The notes: generated from the sequence alone by a model not told the origin. 52,493 nucleotides of DNA from Octopus bimaculoides (GCF_001194135.2 NC_068983.1:6949577-7002069); one strand, 5' to 3'. Positions 35,708 through 49,613 are shown, numbered from the stretch's first letter. Numbers and translations are program-made.

Positions 35708-36135
35708 AAGCGGCGAGCTGGCAGAAACGTTAGCGCGCCGGGCGAAATGCTTAGCGGTATTTCGTCTGCCGTTACGTTCTAAGTTCAAATTCCGCCGAGG
35801 TTGACTTTGCCTTTCACCCTTTCGATAAATTAAGTACCAGTTACGCACTGGGGTCGATGTAATCGACTTAATACCTTTGTCTGTTCTTGTTTGTCCCCTC
35901 TATGTTTAGCTCTTTGCGGGCAATAAAGAAATAAGAAACGTTAGCACACCGGGCGAAATGCTTAGCGGTATTTCGTCCGTCTTTACGTTCTGAGTTCAAA
36001 ATCCGTCGAGGTCGACTTTGCCTTTCATCCTTTCGGGGTTGATAAATTAAGTACCAGTTGCGTGCTGGGGACGATCTTATCGAGTGGTCCCTCCCTTAAA
36101 ATTTCGGGCCTTGTACCTGGAGTAGAAACGATTAA
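35708..36135 (+). mobile_element. Dimeric family A SINE (A2 monomer plus head-truncated A monomer)
   Basis: The second unit starts at aaacgttagc directly after the A2 tail gggcaataaagaaataag. Confidence 0.85.
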
Positions 36136-36384
36136 ATGTTGGGTATGTGTTTTGGTCTTGACAGAAACAGTTTCCTATCTAGGACTGAAACAAACCAGAT
36201 CCCAGGTTTGGATTTGACGGTGGTGCATTATCAAGGACCCAGGTTCACAAATATAGATCGTGAGAAATTAAAGAAGCGTATCGGTTATTGGAGTCTTAGG
36301 TCAGAAAGATACTAGTTTGGACAGAAAGTCCAGTCGCATCTCAAGATGGGGAAAATACTTCCTTTGTTTTAATTGATATATTTA

Positions 36385-37370
36385 ATCAATCAAGATAATA
36401 TTTCACCGCATTATTGAAAACATAATCCCATCTATTTGGAAAATTGTTGATCTCTTGGGAGTAAAAGCAAGGAAACACGCAATATCGTTTTTAACCTCAC
36501 CACAAGTAATAATAAACTGTTTCCCCTCTAAATAATGTTGCTATGATCTGAAAACATGATAATCAGATGGAACAATGTCAGGAAGATGAGGCAAAAATCC
36601 ATATTTAGTGGAATAATTTTTGCCTGTGTGACTTTGGCAATATTTGGTCATGCATTATCGTGTTAGACCAACGACCTTTCATGACTGACTAATGATAGGT
36701 GTTTTTCCTGTAAATTTTCGTGTAATGCTTCCAATGGACGACAACATTTCTCCGTATTAACTGCTTAGTATTGTTTTAACAATCCGTGACAGACGACACT
36801 CTTCATATTCCACCAAACACAGAGCACGACTTTTTGCGGGGGTGTAGTCTTGGTTTAGAGATGGATTTTCCAATGGAGGCTTAGCATGATCGTTTTCTTT
36901 GGATATGTTTATAGAGAGCCCGCTTTTTGTTACTTGTAATGGCTCTACTCAGGAAATGTTTGGTAGTAAGTTTACTCTTCAAAGATAAGCAGATGGGAAC
37001 TTCTTGATCAAGCTGAGAAGCGGTCAGATGGCGATGGTCTCACTGATTAAGTTTAGACACTTCCTAGTTCATGAAGGTGATTTACGATCGAAGTGTGACT
37101 TGAATTGAACTATTTTGCTAATTTTCCAGTAGCTTGCTTTGGGTTTTCCCTCAACTATGGTTTTCAGAAGCTCAATATTGACATAACTTGGTCGTCCAAA
37201 TCGACAGGAATTTGCGAGAGAAAGATTTCCCGGGGAAAACTGACCAAACTTTCGTTGGCATATCCGACCTCTTAAGCTTCATTTCCATTATACAGAACGA
37301 ATATTTCCTTTGCTGAATAGCTTCCATTGCTGAATAGCCACTTTTGAATTCATACAGTACGCTGTGTTTT
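36385..37370 (-). pseudogene. Decayed mariner (Mos1/Hsmar-like DD34D) transposase
   Basis: Reverse-complement remnants: CQRKFGQF, GRPS, NHLHELG, LHP.KKVVLCVWWNMK, HDNA*P, PDIVPSDYHVFRS*QHYLEGKQF, FPNRWDYV; many stops and frameshifts; TIRs not identified. Confidence 0.85.
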
Positions 37371-37504
37371 AATATGGGCCGGAGCTGAACTCATTGTAAA
37401 AGGGTAAAATCGAAACGAATTTAATCACAATGGTATGAAGTAATCTACGTAGAAGGAAAAGAAAACATTATAATATAAAAATCAATAACCATTTTATCGT
37501 AAGT

Positions 37505-38990
37505 ATTGAAAAACTACCCTCAAAGTGATCACGCCAAAAATAAAACAGGACTTCTTTTCCAAGCCAATACAAAAACTTTCGGTCGTGTCAAATGTGCAAC
37601 GGATCATGGAATCATTTCTCAACAGGAATTCGTCTTTTGCAGTATCTGTGTAAGAAATGAGATTTTCAGTGAGAAGAAGTGGTTCCTTTATTCATACGGT
37701 GTTCCTTTGTAGAACCTTGCCTTCGGGTAAAATATTTTGTCACTGATGTCTTGAGAGTGAGCAAATGCTTACTAATTTTGGTCGCCTGGCACTGAACTTA
37801 CTACTTTGAAGAAATTAGTCTGGTTTGTAACCTTGCTCTTTTTGTTGACAGAAGGCATTCATTTTTAATTCGGACAAAAGTGATGGAAGAAATTATTCCT
37901 TGTAAAGAGCAATCCAATACATTTATCTTTCTAACTATGTTTGGTAGATAACAAATCATTCATGCGATAACTTGTGTTTATGAAAGGCGATGCTTTTCAG
38001 AGTCTGCTTTTATAGCAAGGAAGTTCATTATTTCTGATTCCAGTTGAAATACTCGACTCCAAACTTTGCTTCGTGTCAACTATATTCCTTCAGTGCACAA
38101 AAGTATTTTCTTCGTGTTCAGAGCTAAATTCTTCATACAACACTCTAAACAAGCAAATGTTAAATGCTCAGCTTTTTATAACACTGACTACTCATATAAC
38201 AGTACTTATATGCGGCTGGGCTACGATAGTTTGACGGTGAGTAGCGCAATGTACGTTAGTAAACGAAAGAGTTTTCTTCTTTGTCATAGCAACAAAATTG
38301 GACACTACTCCGATTATTCATGGTGTCTCATTCATGTAAAGAGAATCTAGCTTTCCCCACTGTTTTCCTATCTCTATCAATAATGTGGTTGTTGTTGCAA
38401 GCGGAAGGCAAAACAAATACTCCTTCAGTTGATCATCAACAATATGGTGTTGAGCAAAGTAGATCAGCTGATCAACGGAGCACAATTAGAAACCTCAATA
38501 GACTCACCCAATTAGATAGTAAAGATGTGCCACTGCTTTTGATTTTGGCAATAACTTGCTTCCCATCATGCACTACAATGTCATCTATTCAGTGTCAGGG
38601 ACAGATACTTTTGGCGGCTTTGTTCTTTTGCTTTCATAAAACATGTTTCGCACGAGTATTTAAGGCCCATGCATGGTAAACTCCATGAAAAAGCTTCACC
38701 AACCTGGAGCTTTTTTTGTTTTTTTACATATTATTCAGTGATAAGCATCTTCTTGAGATACGTGGACTGCATTGACTTGCGTGACATAGAATCAATATCA
38801 CTGATCTTTGAGACTGCGTACCAGTCTTCGAAATTCCTCCAAAATTCTTGCATCATACGCATAGTAAACGTAACGAAGACTTTCATGTAGTTTCTTTAGC
38901 TTCATGTTCTCCATGTTCTCGTACGGTGGCCGCTCACAATCTTCCTTGACGTATAAGTCAGTGAAGCCATCAAACTGCATTTAGGTTCAG
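37505..38990 (-). pseudogene. Decayed hAT transposase (Charlie/Buster, ZBED5/ZBED8-like)
   Basis: Reverse-complement remnants: KQVIAKIKSS..GESIEVSNCAPL, KEYLFCLPLATTT, HCATHRQ, LLCTEG.*LTRSKVWSRVFQLESEIMNFL, YLPNIVRKINVLDCSLQG. Confidence 0.82.
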
Positions 38991-39705
38991 TGATATAAAT
39001 GATATAAGAACTTGGAATACGCTAAAGTACTCGAGGCTGAGATTATGAAGATCGGAATAGACACTTTTCAGCCATTCTTCTCTGTCAACTAAAAAAATAA
39101 AGGAACGCCATTTCCCAAGTAACTCGCCGCCATTTCCATCCCTAATTATGCCTCCTTACATTCTCAACTATTTACTTAGATGTTATCTTATTTTTATCCG
39201 TGAGGCTAATGTGTTTGAAGATACCAACCAGAACTATTTATCTGAAAAATAAATACACAAATATAAATTATCGACTGGAAAATAAACGAACTTCATTAAC
39301 AAACATTATTTATCAAAATAATTAACTTTTAATTAACTCATAACTCATTGTTTTCATTAATATAGTATCGAGGTGCTATGAGTATTGTAATGTAAACAAG
39401 CTTTCGTTTTCGCCAATCGTAGAGTTACTGCATAGCATTGCCATATCTAGAGTGATATCGACTGGAATCTGACTCCAAATAAATATTGTTGATATGCCTC
39501 GTAGGTTTAATACTTCGCGTGTTGTGCCTGGGATTCACTCTCTTCCGTGAGAGAGAAATTATTCAACTAATGCCAAACGACGGAGTAGGAACATCAGATC
39601 ACTGATCTTCTCGATGCACCATTGATATTATTACTCCAGTCAGATGCATTTTTAAAAATTCTTATTGGGATCAACACTTCTGTTTCGGGAATCATTGGTC
39701 TACAC

Positions 39706-40292
39706 CAGTGCTCCACAACCGGTATGCCGCGGCACACTGGTGTGCCACGAGACGATGCTAGGTGTGTTTCAGTGTAAGCTGAATATAAATTTTTTTCCCT
39801 AGGCGCAGGAGTAGCTGTGTGGTAAATAGTTTGCTCACCAACCACATAGTTCCGGGTTCAGTCCCACTGTGTGGCAACTTGGGCAAGTGTCTTCTACCAT
39901 AGCCTCGGGCCAACCGAAGCCTTGTGAGTGGATTTGGTAGACGGAAACTGAAAGAAGCCCGTCGTATTTGCATATATATATACATATATGTATATGTTTG
40001 TGTGTCTGTATTTATCCCCCCACCATCATCGCTTCACAACCGACGTTGGTGTGTTTACTTCCCCGTAACTTAGCGGTTCGACAAAAGAGACCGATAGAAT
40101 AGGTACTAGGCTTACAAAGAATAAGTTCTAGAGTTGATTTGTTCGACTAAAGGCGGTGCTCCAGCATGGCCGCAGTCAAGACTGAAACAAATAAAAGAAT
40201 ACTTTTAGGTATATTTTTAGTTCAGGTGTGCCGCTGAATTCTGAAAAGAATATATAAATGTACCGCAAGTGTAAAAAGTTTGTGGGGCACCG
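39706..40292. mobile_element. hAT-Charlie-type MITE carrying a nested SINE
   Basis: TIRs cagtgctccacaacc / reverse complement cggtgccccacaaac (12/15); 8-bp TSD gtctacac/atctacac resembling the NTCTAGAN preference of Charlie elements; internal tgccgcggcacactggtgtgcc. Confidence 0.78.
39801..40200 (+). mobile_element. Family B SINE, full length with short internal microsatellite
   Basis: aggcgcaggagtagctgtgtggtaa ... catggccgcagtcaagactgaaacaaataaaagaat. Confidence 0.92.
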
Positions 40293-40332
40293 ATCTACAC
40301 ACTTGATTGACCTGCAAAAAATAGCAGATACG

Positions 40333-40505
40333 CATTATCGTAGCTAGGAGGGGGGGGGACGAAAAGGCGTTTACCCCGAGTATTGATTTTATTGGGGCGG
40401 TATATTTGGGTCTGCTGTAAAAGCCTGTATGGACTTGGGAACACAGAAGGGATACTTAAACCTCAAGGGTTGCTTTGGACAGCACAGACTTTAGCTACGT
40501 CACTG
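40333..40505. mobile_element. Degenerate hAT-type MITE (cagtg.cgtagcta TIR type)
   Basis: Left cattatcgtagcta vs reverse complement of right end cagtgacgtagcta (11/14); flanks cagatacg/ctgaaacg (6/8). Confidence 0.55.
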
Positions 40506-41979
40506 CTGAAACGTTTCCCACAAACTACACCCAATCACGTCATTCCATTCACGTTATTCCATTCCTGCCGATATTTTTTCAGCTGTCATCAACTTCTACG
40601 AACACCGACCACAAGTAAACCATTAACCCTGTCAGACCTGGGCCCTTCTGTTTAACTTTACCCTCTACCTGGGATCCCGAGCATTAAGATAAATTGTAGC
40701 ATATACCGCTCAGGAGTAACTATAGCAGGCAAACTAATGGACAGACTCGGCTGTGCCTTCTTTTTGTACATCTCTTGTTCATTACCGCTTTACAGAGAAT
40801 CCGGCAGAAATGACGTTTAACCTATTCTCGCTCTAGCGAGAATACCGCGTGACGGGGTTAATAAAGAAGCGTACACAAATACTGGATCACGAGTTTTTGA
40901 ATACTCTCTGTCTTGTCGTCGTAGAAAACCTGCAGTCCGGGAGATGTTCTGAACGAGATGTCTAACGAAAAATTACCTTAATTTTTAAAAGTAGTGTGGC
41001 CCGTCTGGTGATGAGTCAAATCTCATACAGTGTCGTCTTATAGCTTAAACACACGGAACATTTGTCCCGGGGCCTTACAAGCCTAGAGGCCCAATTCTGA
41101 TCCATGAATGCAGGGGTTTGCTGTCAATAAATAAATATAATAGGACTGCGAACATTGATTTGCTCAGGGGCCAATAATGATGCAAATACCATTTTGGTCT
41201 CATGCGGCTCGCTTCTCGAAAAACGCTGCCCATGCTCGCTCGTTGGTTTGGATAAAAGACAGGATGGTCACGACCAGAACACATCAGTTCAGAAAGGTTT
41301 ATTAAATCAGGGTCGACCTGACTGAGAGTTAATAACTTCACTTACCTTACTAATTATTAATGAGGAATTTATTAATATTGTGACATGTTATTTCCAACCA
41401 GATTCACACTGACACAAACACACAAACACACAAACGCATACATCCATGCATGCATATACACACACAGAGTTACTGGCATGCGTTGTATGTTTTGCTTTAA
41501 CAGACTTTAAATCTGATGAGTTAGTGTGGTGGTGGTGGGGGGGTGACAGGATCATAAGGGTGTATAAGAGGAAGTGAGGGGTGGAGAAGTGGAGAGGTCT
41601 GTGAATTTGCTGAATTCACGAAGAGATTTTTGGGTGCTGGTGTTGGCGGTGGTGATGGTGGTGAAGGTGGTGGTTGGGGTGGCGGTTGGAAAGGTGTGGG
41701 GAGAGTTACGTGTTTTAGATGACTGGAACAAAAGCATTGGTAGGGACGGTGGTGGTGGTGATGGNNNNNNNNNNNNNNNNNNNNNNNNNNNNNNNNNNNN
41801 NNNNNNNNNNNNNNNNNNNNNNNNNNNNNNNNNNNNNNNNNNNNNNNNNNNNNNNNNNNNNNNNNNNNNNNNNNGGTAATGGTAGTGGTGGTGGTGGTGG
41901 AGGCAGGGGTGTGGTGGTAGTGACGGCGGTGGGCTGGTGTTGATGGTGATGACGGTAATAATGGTTCATGTTTGGTAGG

Positions 41980-41982
41980 TAG

Positions 41983-42035
<53 letters not shown>

Positions 42036-42265
42036 GTAATGATGGTGGCAGGAGAGGAAGAATATGTTTGTTGTTGCATGTATTGTCATTTCCGTCAAAA
42101 TTGCAAACATATTTTTTTTGGTTGGGGGGGGGGACCCAAAACGCAACAGCGTTGAGGATAGGTTATGTGTGCGTAGGGGCACCTGCGTGTGTGTGTGTGT
42201 GTGTGTGTGTTGATAGACAGATAGATGGATAGATAGATACATGTATGCATACATACATACATACT

Positions 42266-42297
<32 letters not shown>

Positions 42298-42381
42298 CAT
42301 ACATATATACATATATACATACATATATACATATATACACACATATATACATACATATATATACATATATACATACATACA

Positions 42382-42415
<34 letters not shown>

Positions 42416-43014
42416 CATACATACATATATACATACATATATACATACATATACATACATACATACATATATACATACATATNNNNNNNNNNNNNNNNNN
42501 NNNNNNNNNNNNNNNNNNNNNNNNNNNNNNNNNNNNNNNNNNNNNNNNNNNNNNNNNNNNNNNNNNNNNNNNNNNNNNNNNNNNNNNNNNNNNNNNNNNN
42601 NNNNNNNNNNNNNNNNNNNNNNNNNNNNNNNNNNNNNNNNNNNNNNNNNNNNNNNNNNNNNNNNNNNNNNNNNNNNNNNNNNNNNNNNNNNNNNNNNNNN
42701 NNNNNNNNNNNNNNNNNNNNNNNNNNNNNNNNNNNNNNNNNNNNNNNNNNNNNNNNNNNNNNNNNNNNNNNNNNNNNNNNNNNNNNNNNNNNNNNNNNNN
42801 NNNNNNNNNNNNNNNNNNNNNNNNNNNNNNNNNNNNNNNNNNNNNNNNNNNNNNNNNNNNNNNNNNNNNNNNNNNNNNNNNNNNNNNNNNNNNNNNNNNN
42901 NNNNNNNNNNNNNNNNNNNNNNNNNNNNNNNNNNNNNNNNNNNNNNNNNNNNNNNNNNNNNNNNNNNNNNNNNNNNNNNNNNNNNNNNNNNNNNNNNNNN
43001 NNNNNNNNNNNNNN

Positions 43015-43047
<33 letters not shown>

Positions 43048-43249
43048 GCTCACACACATCCATATGTACACTCATACATATACATGCATTCATACATGTA
43101 CGCTACTTTTGTAAATACACACGAACGTACATACATACGTAAATACATACATACATACATACATACACACATATTGAATATATGGATCAAAGCATACGTA
43201 AGTTCACGTTGTGTGCATACATGCAGCGAGTGGAGGAGGTAAACCTTTA

Positions 43250-43303
<54 letters not shown>

Positions 43304-43380
43304 CAGCAGCAGGACGACGAGGATGATGAGTGCAAGGATGAGAAGAAGAAAGAGGAGGAGGAGGAGGAAGAGGAGGAGTA
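41980..43380. repeat. (GAT)n, (GT)n, (ATAC)n, (AGT)n and (GGA)n microsatellites around a gap
   Basis: Visible runs. Confidence 0.93.
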
Positions 43381-46300
43381 GTGTTTTGTGTTAGCCGATT
43401 CGTGTCTTCGCCCTCTTTCAAACATCGCTCTCTTCATTTGCCGCCCTTCCTCTTCCCCCCACCCTTGCCAGTCGTCCGTTCGTTCCTCTCTTGCTGCTTT
43501 CCTTTTCATCGTACACCCGGGAAAAAAAAAAAAAAAATAAGGCATCGATGAAGAGAGCAAATACCATGATTTAGGGGAGAAGAGAAAGAACGACGGTGAC
43601 GGGAAAGGAAAGGAAAGTGAAAGTGAAAGTGGAAGCAAACGAGGGGAAGAAAAAGCGCGAAAAGAGAAAAGAGAGAGAGAGAGAGAGAGAGAAAGATATA
43701 GCGAGAAAGGGTGAGGGTGAGAGAGAGAGAGAGAAAGAGAAGAAGTGTGGAAATAACAACATCAGTATACGAAACCCTGTCGGGGTTATATGGGCAATAT
43801 TTAGTATCTGTTACCCCTGGGGGAAAGATACCAAGTCAGCACCGAAGCAGAAGAAGGAAGAGGAGGAGGAGGCGGAAGAAGAGGAGAAGGAAAAAATATA
43901 ATTTACATTTCAAGTTTTTCTCATTGTAAGTCGTTTATTACAATTAATATTAATTACCGTTGTTGTTGTTGTTGTTGTTGTTATTGCTGTGGTTGTGGTT
44001 GACGGTGATGTTGTCGCTGTTGGGTGTATTTTCTTTTTCCATAACGGCATTGGATAGGAAAGGAATGAATGTCACAACGCAACACACCGTTCACCCCTTT
44101 TCTCACTCTCTCTCTCTCTCCTTCTCTTACTTTCTCTGTCTGTGTCTCTCTGTCTCTCCCTCCCTTCCTTCCTCTTCTTCGTCTTATTACCGCCTTCTCC
44201 TACTCCGCTCCTCTGCCCCCACCGCGTACACATGATTACATATGAAGCCTTGAAAAACTACCTAGTCGTAAAAACTAGCCATCATCATCATCATCGTCAC
44301 AGCTACCACCACCATCACCATCACCATCATCATCATCGTCATTGATTCTTGTACTGATGACATCAGGAAAGGCATGCGTGTCACAACAACCTCCATGCAA
44401 ACCGAAGAACGAAGAACCTCTTCTTCTATTGTGGGTCGCTCGACCTTCAAGAAATAGCGTCCAGATCTCCCCTCCTTCAAATCACGCCCTACTATTTTTT
44501 TCTTTTTAAAGAGGAAGACATAACACAATGTACTTCAACAACAAGACGGGACTGTCACAGATGGAACGCTTTTGATTATGAATTTCTGCTATCGGGACTG
44601 ACCTGGGGGTTAAACAACATACAGAGACACACCGCCCTCACCATTATTATTATTATTATTATTATTATTGAAGATGGCTGGACATGGGGGTTCAGAATTT
44701 TTCGGGTTCTACTTGACAGGTTTTGTCCGTAAAATAATGAATAGAAGGGACGTTTCCAAACCAGTAAATATAAAAACTGGAACTAAATTCACCGGATTAT
44801 CATACATACATTAGCAATACCTTTTTAATTAAAAAATGGGTGTCCTTTACGTGTGTAGCTTCAACTTGTTAAACATAGCAGCGAAACCTCCCTCGGATCG
44901 CACCCTACCTGAAATATGGAAACGATACATTAAGGATAAATGCAGCAGTCACACGTTTACGTAGTTCTAGGATTACCCCCGTCACACACATACTCTCTCA
45001 AATATGTTTGAATGGTCATATCTGATGTGATTTTGGTAATATAAGTCTATTTTAATAGGAAGGGGTTGTCTTAGTAAGAAAGCAAAGCCAAAGCAAAACA
45101 AGAATAACCACAGTAGTTGTAGTAGCATTAGCAACAACAACTGGGCTCCTGTGCCTACGAAACTCCAACGGTCTTGATTTTAATTAAGAGATGTACGAAT
45201 AGTTTTGAAACACATGGCCTGCGTGTGCTATGAATGCTATTAATTTATCTGTGTGTAAACCTTTATGCCTGATTAAAAATTATTATCGATGACATCAACA
45301 AGACAACGTGACACGGTCACCAGTTATGTATTAACTGGTATTAGGGATTAAGGGGGGGGGGACTCCCAACGTCCAAGAGGCTGAAGTTGGTTAAATTGGG
45401 ACAAGACACAATAAGACACCGCTACTTCCCATGCAGGATAACGCCTCCCTTCCGCGTTCCCCCATCAATTTCCATCACAGATAGTCATCGGTCTGCTAGA
45501 AATAATTGAAAAATCTTCCTTAAATCATACGCTACTTTGTTTTTGAAAGGGAAGTATGGACACGACAGTGTAGTTTAAAATACGCTTTGAATTAAAGAAA
45601 AAGCAGACAGGCTGGTCACGGTCGGAATGATTATGAACATAGGTTTGCTCGTCCAGGGCTGACCTGGGGTTAACTAAACAAGAGTGCCTAGAGTAGAAAA
45701 GAAAAGAAAATAATAATAACAATGATAATAATAAGCGTCTTATTATTTTTGTTAATTACAACTGTTATGATTAATTCTTTGTTAAAACTATTTCGTTTCG
45801 GTTATGAGTTAATTAAATGTCTTCAGGAAATGAATGAGTGCCGCTGCATCACATTACTCTCTTCTCACCTGATGTCTATACGACAACTCATTATCAATTC
45901 AAGAAACATGTGAGGTTGTCGTTTCGAAACCTCCTCATTGCCCTTCCCCCCCACCTCACTCACTCTCTCTCTCACTCTCTCTCTCACTCTCTCTCTCTCA
46001 CTCTCTCTCTCTCTCTCTCTCTCTTTCCGTGAGTTTCTTCCACAATGTTTTGGTGTTCTGCTTTATTATGCCGATAATCTTTGAGTAAGGCAGAGGCATG
46101 TATGCCACAGCTTCACGCCTCCAGATTCCATAATACCAAGTCATTGTTCCAATAAATAAATAAATAAGATTATAATTAACTCCTTTATTTTAGATTATTA
46201 TTCAGCATGTTGTTGTTACTGTTGTTGTTGTTGGCGAAAGGCAGACAATACCACAATTAGCACTACCGTCCTTTTTTCTGGGCATTGCATAACTAGGAAT

Positions 46301-47499
46301 ACATTATCTAATGAATTCCTATTTTCATCAAGACAGCAGGGTGTAACATAAACGGAATTTGGCTGCAGTCTTCAGCAAACCAAACGACCACATAAAACAC
46401 ACCAGATGAGCTGTGACACAAGCCCTATAAGTTAAACTTACAGCAACGGGCGTTCCAATCGTGACCATCGCATCTTTATGCACATTCATTGCCACAGTGT
46501 CCAATATGTTAATTCCTTTAAAATAAAACATTAGGGTATTATCTGAGGGAGATGATTCGGCTGCTATTTCTAGTGGAGCAGCCGACCAGGTAGACTTTCT
46601 CTTTCTGAGAGGATGGTAGGGGTTTGATTTTCCTACCATAAAAATATTATTATGCTTGTTGTTCCTGTTGTTTTTGTTTAACCCCAGGTCAGCTTCGATC
46701 GTTCAGAGAACCATGGATGATCAAAAGCATTCCAGGCATGACTACTCGTCCTTTCTTTCAAGAATAATGTATCAAGGATTACAGACTCCTTACAGAATGT
46801 GATTTAACTACATTCATTCATACATGCATACATACATACATATACACACACACACACGTACATACATGCATACACACGCGCACGCGCGCACGCACAAGTA
46901 TATATATATATANNNNNNNNNNNNNNNNNNNNNNNNNNNNNNNNNNNNNNNNNNNNNNNNNNNNNNNNNNNNNNNNNNNNNNNNNNNNNNNNNNNNNNNN
47001 NNNNNNNNNNNNNNNNNNNNNNNNNNNNNNNNNNNNNNNNNNNNNNNNNNNNNNNNNNNNNNNNNNNNNNNNNNNNNNNNNNNNNNNNNNNNNNNNNNNN
47101 NNNNNNNNNNNNNNNNNNNNNNNNNNNNNNNNNNNNNNNNNNNNNNNNNNNNNNNNNNNNNNNNNNNNNNNNNNNNNNNNNNNNNNNNNNNNNNNNNNNN
47201 NNNNNNNNNNNNNNNNNNNNNNNNNNNNNNNNNNNNNNNNNNNNNNNNNNNATATATATATATATAAGCATATAAGCACATATACGTGAACGATGGTGTG
47301 TGTGTGTGTGTGTGTGTGTGTAACTGTAAACAGCGGTGTCAGTAAGTCTCGGCTGGAGTTTTGTCACCATATTACCTAATCCTGATTATTTTCTTTCGAC
47401 ATTCAGTGAATGTTTCCCCATCAGCTTTGAATGATGTCACGTATAGATATTTATTTTAATACCTCAACACACGCACGCACACGAACACTTTCCTTGTCC

Positions 47500-47681
47500 C
47501 TCTTCTTCTCTCTCTCCCACATACACACACACACACACACATACACGCACACAGATATATGCATATATATATGCATATATATATGCATATATATATATAT
47601 ATATGCATTTATGACATATGTAGAGAGATGGATGTATGCATTTATATATTTATGCATACATACATACGTATATATATATAA

Positions 47682-47712
<31 letters not shown>

Positions 47713-47892
47713 CACATACATACATACATACATACATGCATATATACACACTCACATATAAATACGCACACACATAAATATATAGGTATGTATGTATAAA
47801 TGTGTACATGCACATACATGCTTATATATAAATATATGCATACACGCATCTATCTATCTATCTATCTATCTATCTATTTATCTATCTGTCTG

Positions 47893-47927
<35 letters not shown>

Positions 47928-47956
47928 GTCTGTCTATCTATCTATCTATCTATCTG

Positions 47957-48003
<47 letters not shown>

Positions 48004-48160
48004 GTCTGTCTATCTATCTATCTATCTATCTGTCTATCTGTCTATCTATCTGTCTGTCTGTCTAATTGTGTGTGTGTATGCATTGTCTATATGTATGTAA
48101 GTATGTATGTATGTATCCATGTGTATACACAAACACCCACACATACATGTGCATGTGTAT
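47500..48160. repeat. (AC)/(AT)/(TCTA)/(TCTG) microsatellites
   Basis: Visible runs. Confidence 0.95.
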
Positions 48161-49152
48161 GAATACGTAAAGAAACGAGAGGAGATAAGTGTTGGTGGTG
48201 GTGGTGGTGGTGGTGGTGGTGGTGGGGTTACGGGTTTGGGAAACAGAAGACTTGATCTGCCTGTAAATAATAATCTCTCGTATTGAACCTACAACAAGCG
48301 AAATAAAAGCGAAGCCAGCCAGTTAAATGTTGTGTCACTCCATAACAGCGACGGTTCTTTTCCAAGCAGCACGCTGCAGTCTTTCCCGGTCTACAAGCAC
48401 TGCTACTATGCTGTTTTTGTCACCATCATCATAAACATTACACACACACACACACACATACACACACACACACACATACACACACGCACGCACGCACTGG
48501 ACACATACACACATACGCGTACTTTGGTGCGCGCGACGCGCCAACGACAGAGCTTTCTACATGGTCTGCTCGCTCAGCCTGCTAGAAACAACAGCCAAAT
48601 TAGCTGTCAAAATAAACTACTATTTAAAAAGAGAAAACAAAACAAAACAAAAAAAAAAAGCGGATGGATGATGTTGTATTAGATGCACTGTATTTTGGAA
48701 ACCAAATAATAATAATAATAATAATAATTGCCACAAGGGCGACAGACGTGGTGAACAATTCAAAGACGGACATACAGTGGTGAGGCTTAAATAGAATGAC
48801 ATAAGATAAAATAAATACGAGTGTATATGGTATACAATATAGATAAATAAACAAATAAATAATTGGCGAGATGGTCACTTCTGGAATATATTTCCATCAA
48901 ATGTTTGCTCAAACAGCGCTGACTTGGTGTTAAAGAAATCAACATTACTACCAACACCACCGCCATACGTATAAATATACATATGTATATTACAACAAAG
49001 AGAATATAACACATGTGATTTGTCAAGCTAGCAAGAGATCCCAGACCAGCTAGAAATAGCAGCCAAATATCTTTCATTGCAATCTGCTGTTAAAACGGCA
49101 CGCAATGATTGCAAAAGGGTGATGTTTGTAAGTTGAATGCATTTGATGGTCC

Positions 49153-49613
49153 AGATGGACTATATGTAATCTGAACCTTTCCCCCCTTATTTAAAATTTT
49201 TTTTTTACGGAATCCCACGTTTTAGGCTATGGAGATTCCGATTCTGAAAAAAAAATTTTCCAAAATCTCAATTTCAAAATTTCGATCCCCCCCCCCGGTT
49301 TTTATATAGATCCACAGGGTAAATCTAACCCTAACTCAAACCCTAACCCTAACCCTAACCCTGACCGTAACCCTGACCCTGACCCTAACCCTAACCCTGA
49401 CCCCTAACCCTAACCCTAAACCTAAACCTAACCCTAACACTAGTTTTGTGAGATTTGGCTGTTATTTCTAGCATGTAAATAGCCTGCTTGGTGGGGGGAG
49501 GGGAATTGAAATTTTTCAAACAATTTTTTTTCAGAATCGGAATCTCCATAGCCTAAAACGTNNNNNNNNNNAGGGGGGGGGGGAGAAAGGTTCAGATTAC
49601 ATATAGTCCGTCT
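49153..49613. mobile_element. Foldback / long-TIR non-autonomous element with internal telomeric repeats
   Basis: Outer arms agaYggactatatgtaatctgaacc(t)ttccccc at 49153-49187 and 49575-49613; inner arms acgttttaggctatggagattccgattctgaaaaaaaa at 49217-49256 and 49522-49561; weaker pairing further inward. Confidence 0.82.
49325..49438 (-). repeat. Interstitial telomeric repeat (TTAGGG)n with TCAGGG/TTTAGG variants
   Basis: About 19 ccctaa/ccctga/cctaaa units on the + strand. Confidence 0.93.

Noticed and set aside
44350-44395. ctgatga-catcag-gaaa hammerhead-like core
   Set aside because: No valid helix III/UH cleavage triplet or helix I
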